A stretch of DNA of 63,244 nucleotides, the filler included, from Blastocystis sp. subtype 4 (taxonomy: Eukaryota), in NCBI RefSeq assembly GCF_000743755.1. It is 8 parts of 8 records of this genome, joined end to end, with 100 filler letters (N's around TTAATTAATTAA, not from the genome) between each part and the next. Parts side by side here need not be neighbours in the genome. Positions count along the whole stretch, not along the records: positions 10,412 to 19,868 come from NW_014569118.1; positions 19,969 to 26,376 come from NW_014569116.1; 6 more parts are not named here. One strand, written 5' to 3'. The translations under genes and the position numbers were made by a program. Shown here piece after piece: positions 10,643 through 24,287 of the stretch (position 1 is the stretch's first letter; the number at the start of each line of letters is the position of its first letter). The notes beneath the pieces were generated by a model. It was given only the letters and a program-made list of their open reading frames with translations, was not told the origin of the DNA and did no database searches.

Positions 10643-13281
10643 CTATTCTTCAAATCCATCTACTTGAACCATTTCATTTATCTCTTCTACTCCCACTCGG
10701 AACAGTACACGCAAACGAACGACTGTATCCTTTTCACCCATACTATTATTACGCAATCGGAATAACTGAGTACAAACACCTTCTTCATTGGCTGGTACCA
10801 CATTACATGACAATGGCTTCTCTTGCATCTGCATGTATTTTGGTACAATCATTTGAAGCACCAACTCTTCTGCATCTATTTCATTCGTATTCATCACTTC
10901 AGCTCGGATCAGAATCTCTCCTTCACTTTTCCCTGCCTTCCACACAAACGTCACAATCACACCATGACCTTCATATGCTGTCAATTCTTGTGTAGGACGG
11001 GGTTCAGGATTTGGATTTAATTGGGGTGATGGAGAATGAGGAGATACAGGAAGAGAAGAATCTGAATCCTTTGGAGTATCTATCAATCATTCCTTTCCTT
11101 CAATCTTACTATCCAGAATCCCTAACAAATCTGCTACACCTTGATCACTCTCACTCTCTTCATTCTCTTCACTTTCTTCACTCTCCTCATCTTCATCACT
11201 CTCATTCAATTCTTTCTCCTGACGCAACATTCTGGCTGAATCAATATCCAAGGGAGGCATTCGATCCAATACAGGATCCAATACTGTCTCCACTTCTTCC
11301 TGCTCCAAGAGATAGAATCTGACATCACAATCATCACATACTCCTACTCACAAGCTCGTTGTTGTAATTCCAGATCTGTTGATGTTCGGAATCGATCAAT
11401 CAGAGATACAATTCGAGGAACCATTTCATCATCCAATCGATCTGATAGTTTCACTAGTGCTGTTAACAAAAACCCCTTGGTTTCTGCACTGACAGTTTCA
11501 TCGTCTACTAGAGACTCCAACACATCTAACACATGAATGGCTTCTACTGCTTCAAAGGTCACCACACGATTCTTCAGATAACTATGATGAACAGAAGTAG
11601 GATCCTTGTATGGAACCACCACCAAGTCACCATATTCTCCTAGCATCCATAAAGCAGTTTGAAGAATTGAAGCATGCTGAGACCCATTCTCAATATCCTG
11701 AAACAGACTGTGAACCTAGAATAAATGATGATCAATGAATCTACTGTGTAACATGCCAACTCATCTGAGTCATGACCAATCACTTCAGCAAGAGTAGAAA
11801 GAACTTCATCATGAACATGATCTGTACTCAATCGTAGTACAGACAATAATGTATCCACTTGCCACATAGATGAAGGAGCAAACTGTTGAACAAGAGATAC
11901 AATCTTACTGATGACGTCAGATCGTTCTTCTCCTTCTGTATCCACCTACATCACAATTCTTATCCATTCTTACTAGGAACTGTAATAATTCTCTCACCAA
12001 ATCCACCACTGTATCCAAATGCACTAATGCGATAACCAACTCCAGAGCACGACGACGAATGGAAGGATCATTCTCACGCAAACAACTCAGGATTGTACTT
12101 CGCTGACGCATCACTGCATCTTCATTGATTGATGTCATCTTCAATAGCAATGATAATGAAACGAATCGGATATCAGGATTACTATTAAGAAGGAATTTTC
12201 CCAGAATATTCGCAGCTTCCATCAAATGAGCTGAAGACACTTCCAGTGACAGAAGAGTACGAACACACTCATATAATACCGTATTCCCCGCGATTGAAGT
12301 CGCTTCAGTGCTAGTCACAATCTATCTTTCATTCCTACATCCATCCCAAACACTTGTCACCACATCAGCCACAGCTTCTGTTGCTTCTTTGTCATCTTCT
12401 GCCAAGATACTCAGCAAATGGAGCATGTTCACTTGAACAAAAGGATCTGGAACAGAATCCACTGCACACTCTGCCTTGCCATTCCCTGAAATCACAACTC
12501 GAAGTCTCTTAATCAAACGAGGAACCAATTTACGAAAACGAGGAATATAATCTGGTACCAAAGTTAATACAACACCCGTCAACTGGATGGCTACATTATG
12601 ATGTTAATAGTAAATGTACCTGATATTAATACACCATGATCATTATCAATCAGAAGAGCAGGAAGCGAACGCACCATGTCTTCAATCATCTCAGGAACAA
12701 GAGTAATAACCTTGATCATCGTCAAACACACCTTTTTTCGAATGTATGGATTGTCTCCAGACATTAGAGGCACTAATACAGGAAACACATCACGAGCTAG
12801 TTGCTCTGCACATGTGTTACCACAGAATGTGATTGCTAGAGAACTGATATATCTACAGAATAAAGATACAAACAAATACAAACGGATTACTACTACTAAT
12901 ATCATTCTTGATAGAATTCACAGTCAAAAGCAGTAGTTCACTGCTTTCATGAATGAATAGATTCATTGCCAGATATCCTACTCGCTTATCCTGATAGAGA
13001 GGAGAAGATATGAGTTGCAAACATGCCATCTGACCGAAGTGCGCTGGATATCCAAGGAGATAGATGAATATTAGCTTCATAAGGTCTTCTTGGAGAGATT
13101 CCGTTTTTTGCTGTCCAAAATCATCTCGGATGTTTGACGACTCACTTGAAATAATTCGACGTTCCTCTTCAGCCGAAGTCGCATCTTTGACCTGTTTGAT
13201 GAATGCTTGGCAGGACTTGCGAATGAACGGTACATCGAGTTTCTTCAACTTTTTCAATGACTCTTTCACTGTATCACTCAT
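10643..13281 (-). CDS. AP1G1: AP-1 complex gamma adaptin
   Basis: LLGYPAHFGQMACLQLI..DKRVGYL, NPYIRKK, VPDPFVQV, AGNTVLYECV, DPSIRRRALEL, LELQQRACE and C-terminal gamma-ear domain. Confidence 0.93.
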
Positions 13282-13721
13282 CCTTTCTGAGATTACCTTG
13301 ATGAACGAAATTGTCCGTTTTTCTGGAATCACTAAGGAAAGCAATTCCCACGATCCTATGGATGTGGAGAAGGATTTGGGGATGTGTCAAAGAGATTCGA
13401 ATAGAAAACTCTGAGATCATGATGATGAGTCTAGGATTGTCTTCATCACTCTCTGAAATATTGTATAGATGGATTCATATCTGTTGGGGAATTCTGATAC
13501 TGTTTTCAGTAGTGATTATCGATATCTCTAAGCTGCTACGAAATGTATTCTCATGATAAGAAGGAGTGAGAAAACAAGAATCATTAGTGTGAAACAAAGT
13601 GTATTGTCTCTGGAAAACGGGAATTATCATTTTTGTGCGGATTTTGTTTATCTGTGTGTGTTTCAACTCTTTATTGAGGCAGTTGTACTTATTTCTGGGA
13701 GAAACGTAACAAAGGCGGACA

Positions 13722-16700
13722 ATGGCTTCAAGCAAAAGGAGTTTTGTCAAATCTCAGAAGTTCTTTGATGATGACGAGATTCCAGAGAGTGATGATTCTG
13801 CATCCGACGAATCTTCTCTATCTATGAGCAGTGATGGAGCACCTAAGATGTTTCTCTCTGAGTTGTCGAGTCGACGTCTTGTTGTTGAGGAAACTAGTGA
13901 GAATCTTGAGAAGTCGGACAACCAGGAAGGTCAAATTGAATGTCCCCGTCGTACTCCAAGTGTGTTAAGTGACGAAGTCCTGAGGGAAGTGGAGGTAAGA
14001 TCTAGTCATCGACGGATCCTCTCTCTATCGCCACAAGAGGTGAGTCCAGAGCAAGATCCCTCAGTCAATAGCTCTGTAGCTGATCTTGTGAAGGATGCTG
14101 TGTCTGGGGATAATTCGTTTCCAGGATCTCGTGTATCCAAGGACAAGAAGATTGCTGAAACTGGTACAGGAGACAGTGAAGATCCGATTGGTTTTGTTCG
14201 TTCTTACGTGAATATCCATCCAAGTGAGCGTGCACTGGATGGAAAACTATTTCATGCAAAGAAGAAACAGATTTCTGATGAAGCACGAGTACAGTCGATG
14301 ATGTTGATGAACATTTTCATTAACCGTCACGAGCAGAATATGAATCGGTTTCCTCGGAATGTCTATATCACATCCAAGTATACATTATGGAATTTTGCAT
14401 TCATCAATCTTTTCGAACAGTTTAGTCGTGTGGCTAATTTTGTCTTCCTGTTGGTCACACTGGTTCAACTTATTCCAGGGGTTAGTCCATTCAATATCTG
14501 GTCAACATTGTTTCCACTTATCTTCATCTTATTGGTTTCAGCAGCTAAAGAAGGATATGAAGACTACTGTCGTCACAAGACAGATGCAATAACTAACAGT
14601 ATCAAATATAATCGTGTGATGAGTGATGGTAATTGAATCTCTCTCCTTGAATGCTAGGATCATTATGTGAAGTTCCTTCTAGAGATCTTGTTGCAGGCGA
14701 TATCATTATTCTTAAGGATGAAGAGACCCTTCCAGCAGATATTCTTGTGTTGGCTTGCAGTGATACAGATGGGACTTGCTATGTGGATACAAGTAGTCTT
14801 GATGGAGAAACCAAGTAATTATTCGATATGAGATTAATATGTAGTTTGAAAGAGAAGCAAGCTGTGGAAGTTACAAAGTCGATTGAAACTCCTTCATCAC
14901 TGGGTACTCTTCAAGGTACTCTAGCTTGTCAAGTTCCAAACAAGGAACTTAATGTATTCCAAGGAGTTCTTTCTATTCATGATCGTATCCAAGGTGATAC
15001 TCCTAATGATAGTTCACCTGTTCTGGAAGCAGCTGTTGATTCTCAGAATCTTCTTCTTCGAGGCTCTATTCTTAAGAACAGCAACTGGGTTGCTGGTATG
15101 GTTGTCTATACAGGTCGATTAACAAAATTGTCTCTCAATATGAATACTTCGAAGTTCAAATTCAGTGGTATCGAGACTTCATTGAATCAGTTTGTACCGA
15201 AAGTCTTATTTCTGCAACTTACTCTCTCTCTAGTTATTATTCCATATTGTAATTAAGAATAGATCTGTTGTTCTGCTGCACGATTGTATGATTCAACCAT
15301 TCTAGAGCTTGGATGGATTACTTCGATCAACCGATTACACGACTGGATATTCGATTTCCTCACATTCTTCATTCTATTCTCCTATTTCGTTCCTATGTCA
15401 TTGTATGTTGTATTTGAGTTCTCTCGAACTGTTCAAGCATTGTTTATGGAAGTACTCGTTGATTAATCTGTTTAGTGATTAGAGTGATCTTGATATGTAT
15501 GTTGAGAATGAAGGTGGGATGAAAGTAACTACCAGTTCTCTGAATGAAGAACTTGGGAATGTTGAATTCATTCTCTCTGATAAAACAGGAACACTAACAA
15601 AGAACAATATGACATGTTATGGCTTCAGTATGGGAGGTGTCTTGTTTATCAAGAATGACTTTACGGATGATATTGGAAGGGAACAAATATCTACTACTTC
15701 TTATACTCCTTCAACAAATGCTTTATGTTATATCCAATCAGTTCTTGAGAAACATCACAATGGTGATCCTCTATCAACTCTGGAGTTGGAATATTCGACC
15801 AACTTTTTACGGGCTTTGTTGCTGTGCAATAGTGTACGGATTGGAGTGAATGATTAGTTCTAGGTGAAACCAGTTGAACAGAATGGAGAGATCATGCTTC
15901 GTTCAGAATCAGCTGACGAAGAAGCTTTGTTACAAGGTGCTGCATGTCTTGGTTGGAGATTGTTGCTACGTACTAAGGATACGATTGTGATTCAAGAAGG
16001 ATTTCCTTCTATTCGAGCTGATACAATTGAACAAAGTGAAACCAAAGGAGTTCATAAGTTTGAACTGTTGGAGGAACTATCGTTCAGTAGTGCTCGTCAG
16101 CGTATGACTGTGATCGTGAGAGATACTTGGGATCAGAAAGTGTGCTTGTATTGTAAGGGTGCTGACAGTAAAGTAATCTCATTATCATGTGATGAAGACC
16201 TTTTATTCCCGTGGTTATGTCATATTCCCATGATTCATAGAACTGAGAATGGATCAATTCGTAGCTCAGGCAAAGGTGAGGAGGATGCGGTTGAATTAGA
16301 GCGAGCAGAGCTTCTGAAGCGTATTGCTCAGTTCTCCCAAGAACGTAGTGAAGAGGGATATCGATTGCTTGTGGTAGGAGGCAAGTATGTGACTGAATCG
16401 GAATTGGCAAGTTGGAGAAAGGAATTGGATAAGGCAAAGAAGGCAATGAAACAAAGAGACGAAGTAGGTTTCTGATTGTATTGACATGGTAGGCGATTGA
16501 GATAGCATTCCAGCACATTGAACGTGACTTGAGTGTTCTGGGAGCAACAGCAGTGGAAGATGAATTGCAAGTATCATCTAGATTGATTGAATAAGAGATA
16601 GGATCATATCAAAGAAGATATTCAGTTCTTGCGTGAAGGAGGTATCACTGTGGCTATGGCTACGGGTGATAAGAAGGAGACTGCAATCATTATTGCTAGG

Positions 16701-18209
16701 AATTGTGGTTTATTGACTGATTCTATGCATGTTTTTGATCTAACAGGTCGACGAGAAGAGATTACGCTTCAATTGGAAGCTGTATTGGATCATGCTCAGT
16801 ACAAACAGGTCCTCCGTCAGCAGGAATGGGAGAAGCAGAAGAAGCGACTATCATACCGTCTCTCACGCTTGCATTCTCGTCCTCATGGATCTCCTGTGGT
16901 TGTAACACAACCCCTTCCATATGCACTTGTTCTTAATGGATCCTCGGTGGACGCGTTGATCCGTTCTGCACAAGATAAGTTTGTCTTTGCCATGCGTCAT
17001 GCTTCAACCGTTATCTGCTCTCGAATGTCTCCAAAGCAAAAGGCTCGTGTGATCATGCTTATGAAATCTGAAGGTATTTGCTGTCTTGCAATTGGAGATG
17101 GTGCAAATGATGTGTCTATGATTCGTGAGAGTTCTGTTGGTGTTGGTGTGAAAGGGAAAGAAGGAAATGCTGCTGTAAATAGTGCTGATTATATCATAAG
17201 GGAGTTTCATCATCTCATCAAACTGATGTTTGTAGGATTGATAGAGAAAATGATATTTAGGTTCATGGCCGTAATAATTACCGCGGGAATAGTTACAGTG
17301 TGTATTTAGCATTCTATGAGAACATCACTTTCAATATGCCTCTAGTGAGAGAATTCAACTCATTTCATTTGTAGTTTTTCTTTTCCTTCTTCTCTATGTT
17401 CTCAGGTCAGACCATCTACTCATCATTTCAACTATCAACTCTCTATCTGTTCTCAAGCCCTACCTTTGCTTCTTTTGGCTTCTTCTATTCAGATTTACAG
17501 AAAGAAACTTTAATGTCACATCCTGAGATCTATAAACGTAGTCGAGGTAAGTTATCAGGGTTTTGGATAATCAAAGATGATAAGATGTTCAGTGGCACTC
17601 GCATGTGGGCGTATCTGATTGGAAGTCTTGTCAATGCTATGGCATGTTCAATGGTTCCTTTGGTGATTTTCCAGAACTCACAATCCATTGCTGGAGGTAG
17701 GTATGATTGAGTATTTGAAGTGTAGGCTATCCTTTGGAGCTCTGGGGAATGGGATTCTGCTTGTGGACAAACATCATCTTCAGTATTATTCTTATGAGCG
17801 CAAGTATGAATAAAGAGGGAGTTTCATTGTAGTGATGGTACCAAAATGGAATTTGAATTTTATTGCCTTTTTTGTCTTTGTAGTTCTTGTGTTTGTATGG
17901 TTCTTATTAGCGTTTCATTTGTAGTTTGTAGTAGTTCTTACTATATTATGGATTGTGCAAGATGAGTTGTATGATTCCCTTCCCATTATCATTCGATCTC
18001 CTGTGTACTACCTACAAGCCGTCTTAGCAATTGGTATTGTGTTTATCTTTTTGGTTGTGTTGTTGTTGGCCTCTTAATTGTAGTGTGTGAAGGTTTCTTT
18101 ACAAACGGCCTTCAGACCAGAGATTTGGAGACCTTATGCAGAGCAAGAGGTCTTAGAGAAGAATCCTACCAAAACGCATCCTCTTGATAGTATTTCTACG
18201 TCTCTCTAG
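13722..18209 (+). CDS. P4-type ATPase (phospholipid flippase)
   Basis: TSKYT, SSLDGET, VPMSLYV, SDKTGTLT, ESADEEAL, ATGDKKETA, LAIGDGANDVSMI. Confidence 0.95.
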
Positions 18210-18269
18210 TTTCTTTATCTTCGTTAGTTTGTTAGTCATCAACAAATGATCTTTCGAAAACATGGACTA

Positions 18270-19510
18270 TCACTTATTACCATATGTTGCAAAGGAAACT
18301 CGTAATAATTTTCCAGGCTAGTTCACATTTCTATCATCAATCCATACCAACGTGTATACACCTGAGTTATGAAGAGTTGCAACGGCATTGGCTGCAGATT
18401 CGATGCTCTCCATTTCGATCCAGGCCATCTATTGAGGACCAAGGAAATGAAATGTACATTCTTCAAGATTGTAATATTCTCAACCTTACCACACGTAGAG
18501 AACAGTTGCCGAAGACACTCCTTGATCATGGGATTCGAAGGATCGAATCTACTTTTATGCTCTATCCTTCATGCTTACCCTATGACATGTAGTTTCTTTG
18601 ATGGCATATGCCAAGGGATCTGAGCGTATTCGGTTGAGTTGAAACGGTGGACAATCTTTCCATAATAGTCTTCAGTCAAATCTCGTATTGACGGACAAGT
18701 GTTGTAGCTGACTGGGTCCACATAGGGAGTATTTGAGAAGCGGACCTATGAATCATAGTCTTCAACTACTTCTACTTGAAGGACTTCTCCACGGAATGTG
18801 ACTCCATTGAGAACAAGAGCCTTAGCAGCTTGAGAAGCATCTGCAAAGAGTACTAATGCCTTCGTATGGTCACTGCTCCTATTTCTGAAGAAGCATCCAT
18901 ATCTCTACATGATCTTGATACGAAGGACTTCTCCAAAACAGGAGAAGAGATTGAATAGTTGATTCGGAAACACATTTTCTGCTTACAGTTAAGTTACCAA
19001 TCAAAGGAAGGAAGAGGATATGGGTAGATGAGACACAAATAGCACCGAATTCTGTACAATAGATGGTTCTGTTACACACACCTTTGAGTAACAGTGAAAA
19101 GAAGCATCAAACGGAATTGTGATTGGCCGATGCGTCCATTACCTTCTCTTCATCATATCCACTCAACGACTGATTTCGACTCTCTAAGTATCAACTATCA
19201 CAATATGGAATTACCATTGGTCTTTTGACGGATACGATTGGTCTCAGGTTCATATGAATAGCTTCTCTGCTGCTTTGCCGGTGCTTGACATGTTTCACTA
19301 CCTGAATTCGCTGTAGTCTCCACTTCTGTATCAGTAATCTGGTGTTGAGATGTCTTTTTCCTCAATAAAGCGGATTGAGAGCGCGAATAACCTTCAATAC
19401 GATCACTACCACTATATCCTAACACATGAGTTGGAGATCACTTTTCCACTTCGATTCCTTTTGTTGGGAATAGTTGTATCCAAGTTGCTAGACTGAGTAA
19501 GAGATGACAT
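18270..19510 (-). CDS. Polypyrimidine tract-binding protein/hnRNP L-like RRM protein
   Basis: NSVLFVSHLPAENVFPNQLFNLFSCFGEVLRIKI..KALVLFAD aligns with PTB RRM3; C-terminal LLRVSF as in PTB RRM4; contains an AT-AA intron. Confidence 0.8.
18983..19021 (-). other. U12-type (minor) AT-AA intron, 39 nt
   Basis: ATATCCTCTTCCTTCCTTTGATTGGTAACTTAACTGTAA on minus strand; branch CTTAAC 5 nt from end; removal deletes an in-frame TGA and restores a gap-free PTB RRM3 alignment. Confidence 0.78.
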
Positions 19511-19968
19511 CGTGATTATTGTGAGGCAGAATTGGCGAATCCATCAATCAAAACCGCTTCTGACGTTGTCTTCACGTGCTCAACTAGTTTGATTTTAATT
19601 AATTCATCTTGAATGCATCATTTCCCATGAGTTTAAAAATAAATAGTGTGAAAACAGTCACTTTGACACTAGTTGATTCAGATTCAGTCTTTATCATGAT
19701 TCAAAGATCATCCACTCAAGATACAAGTTTTTAATACATAGGAAACGAAGAACAACCACAATCATTAAGTCTCATTGACTGAAACTCGGCCCATTTCTGC
19801 ATTCTTGTTTTTCCTCAATATCTCGACGCCATGCCCATTACCTATCGATTTATCCCGATTTATGGAGCNNNNNNNNNNNNNNNNNNNNNNNNNNNNNNNN
19901 NNNNNNNNNNNNTTAATTAATTAANNNNNNNNNNNNNNNNNNNNNNNNNNNNNNNNNNNNNNNNNNNN

Positions 19969-22900
19969 ACATCTCCAGTGATCAAAGGAGTATCTGAGAA
20001 TGACTGGGATCGAGGCAGAATGTAGGTTGATTGAGGATAGGAGAAGGCAGAGAGAGGAAGGAGAACAATGAATGTGAGAACAACCTCTTGACGGGCTCGA
20101 TCACTCTGAGCATTGATAGTCACAGACTGGGAAGAAACCCTTTCTGTTGGAGTTCCAGAAATGACTCCAGTTGAAGCATCAATCGTGAGACCAGCAGGCA
20201 GAGATCCTGAGAACACAGACACAACAGCTGTTCTGTCGAGTGTGGGGGTAAGCGTGAAGGGTATTCCCTTACCAAGGACAAGCATGGTTTGAGGGAAGAT
20301 TATAAACTCTGGAATGACTTCAATCGATATCTGGGTTGACGCAGATCCAACATCATTTCTCGCAGTTATGGAGTAAGTGGTAGATACTGCAGTTTCTCGT
20401 GACACTCCATAAATCTTTCCTGTATTAGAGTTGAACCTCAATCCAGTAGGAAGAGACGGTGATATCTCCCAGTTGGTAGCAATGTTTCTGACTAATGGGT
20501 CATCAGTATACACAAACTGACCAATCACAAATACGAATCCTGTTGAGGAATAACGAACATTCTCAGGTGGCAATAGTACACAATGAGTAGTCACTTCAGG
20601 ACCCAAAGATCCATTTGTACACTCACGATATGAATAACCACGATATCCATATCCACAATTCTTCACAGACATCTGACCTTCATTCACAGAAGGATATGCT
20701 CCTTCTCCAGGACATATTGCTCCCACAGGCTTACAATAAGCCATATGAATCGAAGCCATTGATAAGGCATTGCTGCCAGCTTTGGTAATCTCCCATCGAT
20801 ACTTCCTGAATGCACCCATAGAGATAGGCACAGGGATTTGAGGTTTTGTTCGAGAAGTCACAGTCTGATCATCAACATCCAGAATGGTAACTGGCACTTC
20901 AGTAGTATTGTCAGGAGTATAAAAACCCCTGATAGCAAAACCCCAATGAGTGATAGTTCCATAACCAACAATATTGAATGAGTTTGCGGTGCTTCCAGCC
21001 AGATTCTCAACAGTCCATTCAATGAACGATCCGACACTGTTAGGTAACTGACCTTGTGTGTAAGGATCCAAGTCCATGATATCAGCAACAGTACCTGAAG
21101 TGGGAGTAGTAGAGGTGAGAGAAGAATAGGAATCAACAACAGTAGAACAGTCTTCAACTCCAAATACTCCAGTAGCATCAAACACAACAGGATCAGAAGA
21201 AGTACCATTCAGAGGACGATGAATCTCGAAACTGAATACATTACTGCCTTCCTGAATTCCAGATGTTGACAGAATCACATGGAACTTCGAGAACACACTA
21301 GCATCGTGATAATTCACTGATAGAGTTGTTGAATCAAAGTCATCTTCAAGATTGAATCGAGCAACCAGATTTCCATTCAGATAGGCAGCCACTCCTCCAG
21401 AATACTTCACTCGAACATTCAACACTTGATACTCATTCACTCCACTCATTGTGAAACTCTTTCGGATATATGTTGTGATTGAAGAAGTGGAAGGAATATC
21501 AACAGCCTTGTATGTGTTCCAAGTGGAATCATCGAAACTGACAGTATTCCAATCACTTGACACATCACTCTGTATCACCTTCCAATCTGTGTATTCAATC
21601 TGGAAAGGGAAATATGTTGAGAACACAGTAGATACAGTCACAGGTTTGTAATCCTGTCTGCTCATTGTCATGATATCCAACTCCATTTCTCCCAAATCAA
21701 CAGTCAGAGTGTAACCAGCTCCGGTTCCCCATCCATCTCCCCATGAATTAGCTCCTTGGAACGTGTAGAATCCATTCTCCAAACAGAAATCAACATAGAA
21801 GTAATCGTCCTTTACAGGGAATTGAGATACTGATTGAAGAACAGTTCCCGAAGTTCCTCTTCCTTGGAACAGTTTCCATGAATTCTGATACGGATAACCA
21901 TCAGCATAAAAACGAGCTGTCATCATAGCTCTATCTCCAGAACAAGTCACTACAGTAAGTGTCATAGTGGTAGTCACATCTTCTCCACTAATCTTTGTAG
22001 CAGTGATGGTGTAGGTTGTGTGATCACTCACAACTGTGGGAGTACCTGAGATCCAACCAGTGTTAGGATCCAACACAATACCATCAGGAAGAGAAGGATT
22101 GATGCGGAAATTGAGATAATCATCCGTGTTCTGAGGAGCCACTGGAGTCATCTTCATATTCTTGTACACAGTGACAGAAGCATCATAGGTGAAGTCAGGA
22201 ATATCAACCATCACATTCGTAGTATACAGATCCAGAGATTGAATCCACCACGTACATGACGAAGGATCTCCAGAAGTAAAGTTCTCAAACTTGAATTGAT
22301 TGTAAGGAACGTTATTAGGGAAGTAGATTCGTCGTCTCTGAGCTATGGTAGAATAAGTGAGACCAGTCACATGTCCAAGTATCATTAACAGATACACGGC
22401 CATAGAGAATGAATTGAGTGACTTCATTTCGATAATTGGCGATCGAATAAGGGTTCTGAATCTCCACAGCACTAACCCATTCATGACGATCATTGTTCAG
22501 AGTCACAATGAGATTGTTAGCTTCACAACTGGGAGAATAAATGCCTGTGGAGTGACACATATCAAAGACATTGGCACCAGATGAAACGAATCCAGAACCA
22601 GTAGCAGTGAATTCCCAGATATGAGATTCAGATTGTTCTGATGCCATTAAACGAACCATTGTATCAAAATAGGATGTGAGTTGAGTATCATCAATAGCAA
22701 CAATGGCAATAGCAATCGTGTTCACTCCCTGCTGGAGATAGTTTATGGCTTGCTGTGATGAATCTGAGAAACGACGGCCTGGAAGAGTCACTACTCGATA
22801 CTTAAGCTCAGAATAACTATTCTCAGCAGTGGATGAAGTGGACAAATCTCCAATCACTCCATTTCTCCATGCTTCATTTCCATTCAAATACACAATCACT

Positions 22901-23867
22901 CCATATCTGTATCGAATCGATACAATCAATCCAGACACTTCATTCAATGAGGCAATGTTGAATGTCTTCTTGTACAACTGAATACGATTTGTAGAAGTAG
23001 GGAATGATCCTCTAGCAGCCTGAGACCAACCAGAAGTTTCAGCACTATGCCAATTGGCAGGCACTTCACCCATCTTATAATACCATTGTTCTGAATGATT
23101 GATAGAAGGACGACGAAGATAGCGATGATGAACATTATTCTGATTTGCATCATATCGTCCTTTCAGAACCATCTCCTCTTCACCATCAGGCAACATGTAA
23201 TACAAATAGAAATACGAATTCTCCTTCCATGAGGCATTCGTTGAATTGAACACAACATCAAATCGATCCACATCAAGATCGATACAGTGAATCCAATCTC
23301 GAAACGCAGGGTGTGTATTGTTAATTGGAACCTCCATCATTGGATCACCAGTGGCTGTAGCATAAATACTGAAGGATTCTGACTCAGGGGATGCTCGATA
23401 GGTTCGAACAATCTTATAATCCCAACATTCATCTCTTGATTGCAAAGAATGAGCATTTTGAATGGAAGAGATAGAAAACTGTACAATTTGAACACTCTTC
23501 TCTGTCATTATAGTTTCTAATAGGACGAATCCAGTCATATCTCGAATCACAATCCAAGCACCATCACTCCAACCATCATTTCCAGTATCCAGCATCTTGA
23601 GAGAATACAATGAAGTAGTAGATGGAGGCAAGCATAGTTCCAATACCTGTTCTTGATTATCTTCAAACAATGGAGAAGAATAGAACAACATATCTCCTCC
23701 AAAGATCTGAAACGATTCCTCCTTCGCGAATAAAAGAGTATTTTTGGTAATACTCACATAGACTTCATTAGGGGCGCATTCAATACCATAAACAAGTCCA
23801 ACTAACGATAAGAGTCGTCGCTTTCAATAATACCTAATAACAACACGAAAACGATACAATCTAGCAT
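19969..23867 (-). CDS. Large secreted/surface protein with putative-Ig (He_PIG-like) repeats and galactose-binding-like domains; frameshift near 22370; 3' truncated by contig end
   Basis: Signal peptide MLDCIVFVLLLVGLVYG after a 32-nt intron; LPDGIVLDPNTGWISGTPT and LPAGLTIDASTGVISGTPT repeats; paralog of 61810-63244. Confidence 0.8.
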
Positions 23868-24287
23868 AGTAGAACGAAACTAAGCAATCACTATGCCAGA
23901 GTACTATTCCTTGTGATGTTTCCATTTCTGGGCGTAATGATATAATAATCATAAAGAATCAAACGAACTACTGAACGTGCATGACTTTATCTGTTATTGT
24001 ATTAATACATCTATCTTGTCTCTCAGATATCCAAGGCTATTTCGCTTATTGTACAGCAGGTTTCACTTTGTGTTATTACTCACTTTTCGTTATTTCAGTT
24101 TTCAAAGGAATTATGAAAACTGAGGATCTAGTAAGAAATCAATATCGTAGCCTTTAAGAGTATTCAACCTACAAATGATATAATTCCCGCGAGATCATTA
24201 ATTGATCACAGTATTACCAGGCGTTCAGTATTCTTTATCATAGGGAGCTTGATTCTATGAACTCTTTATCATTTTTGTCTTCCGCAT

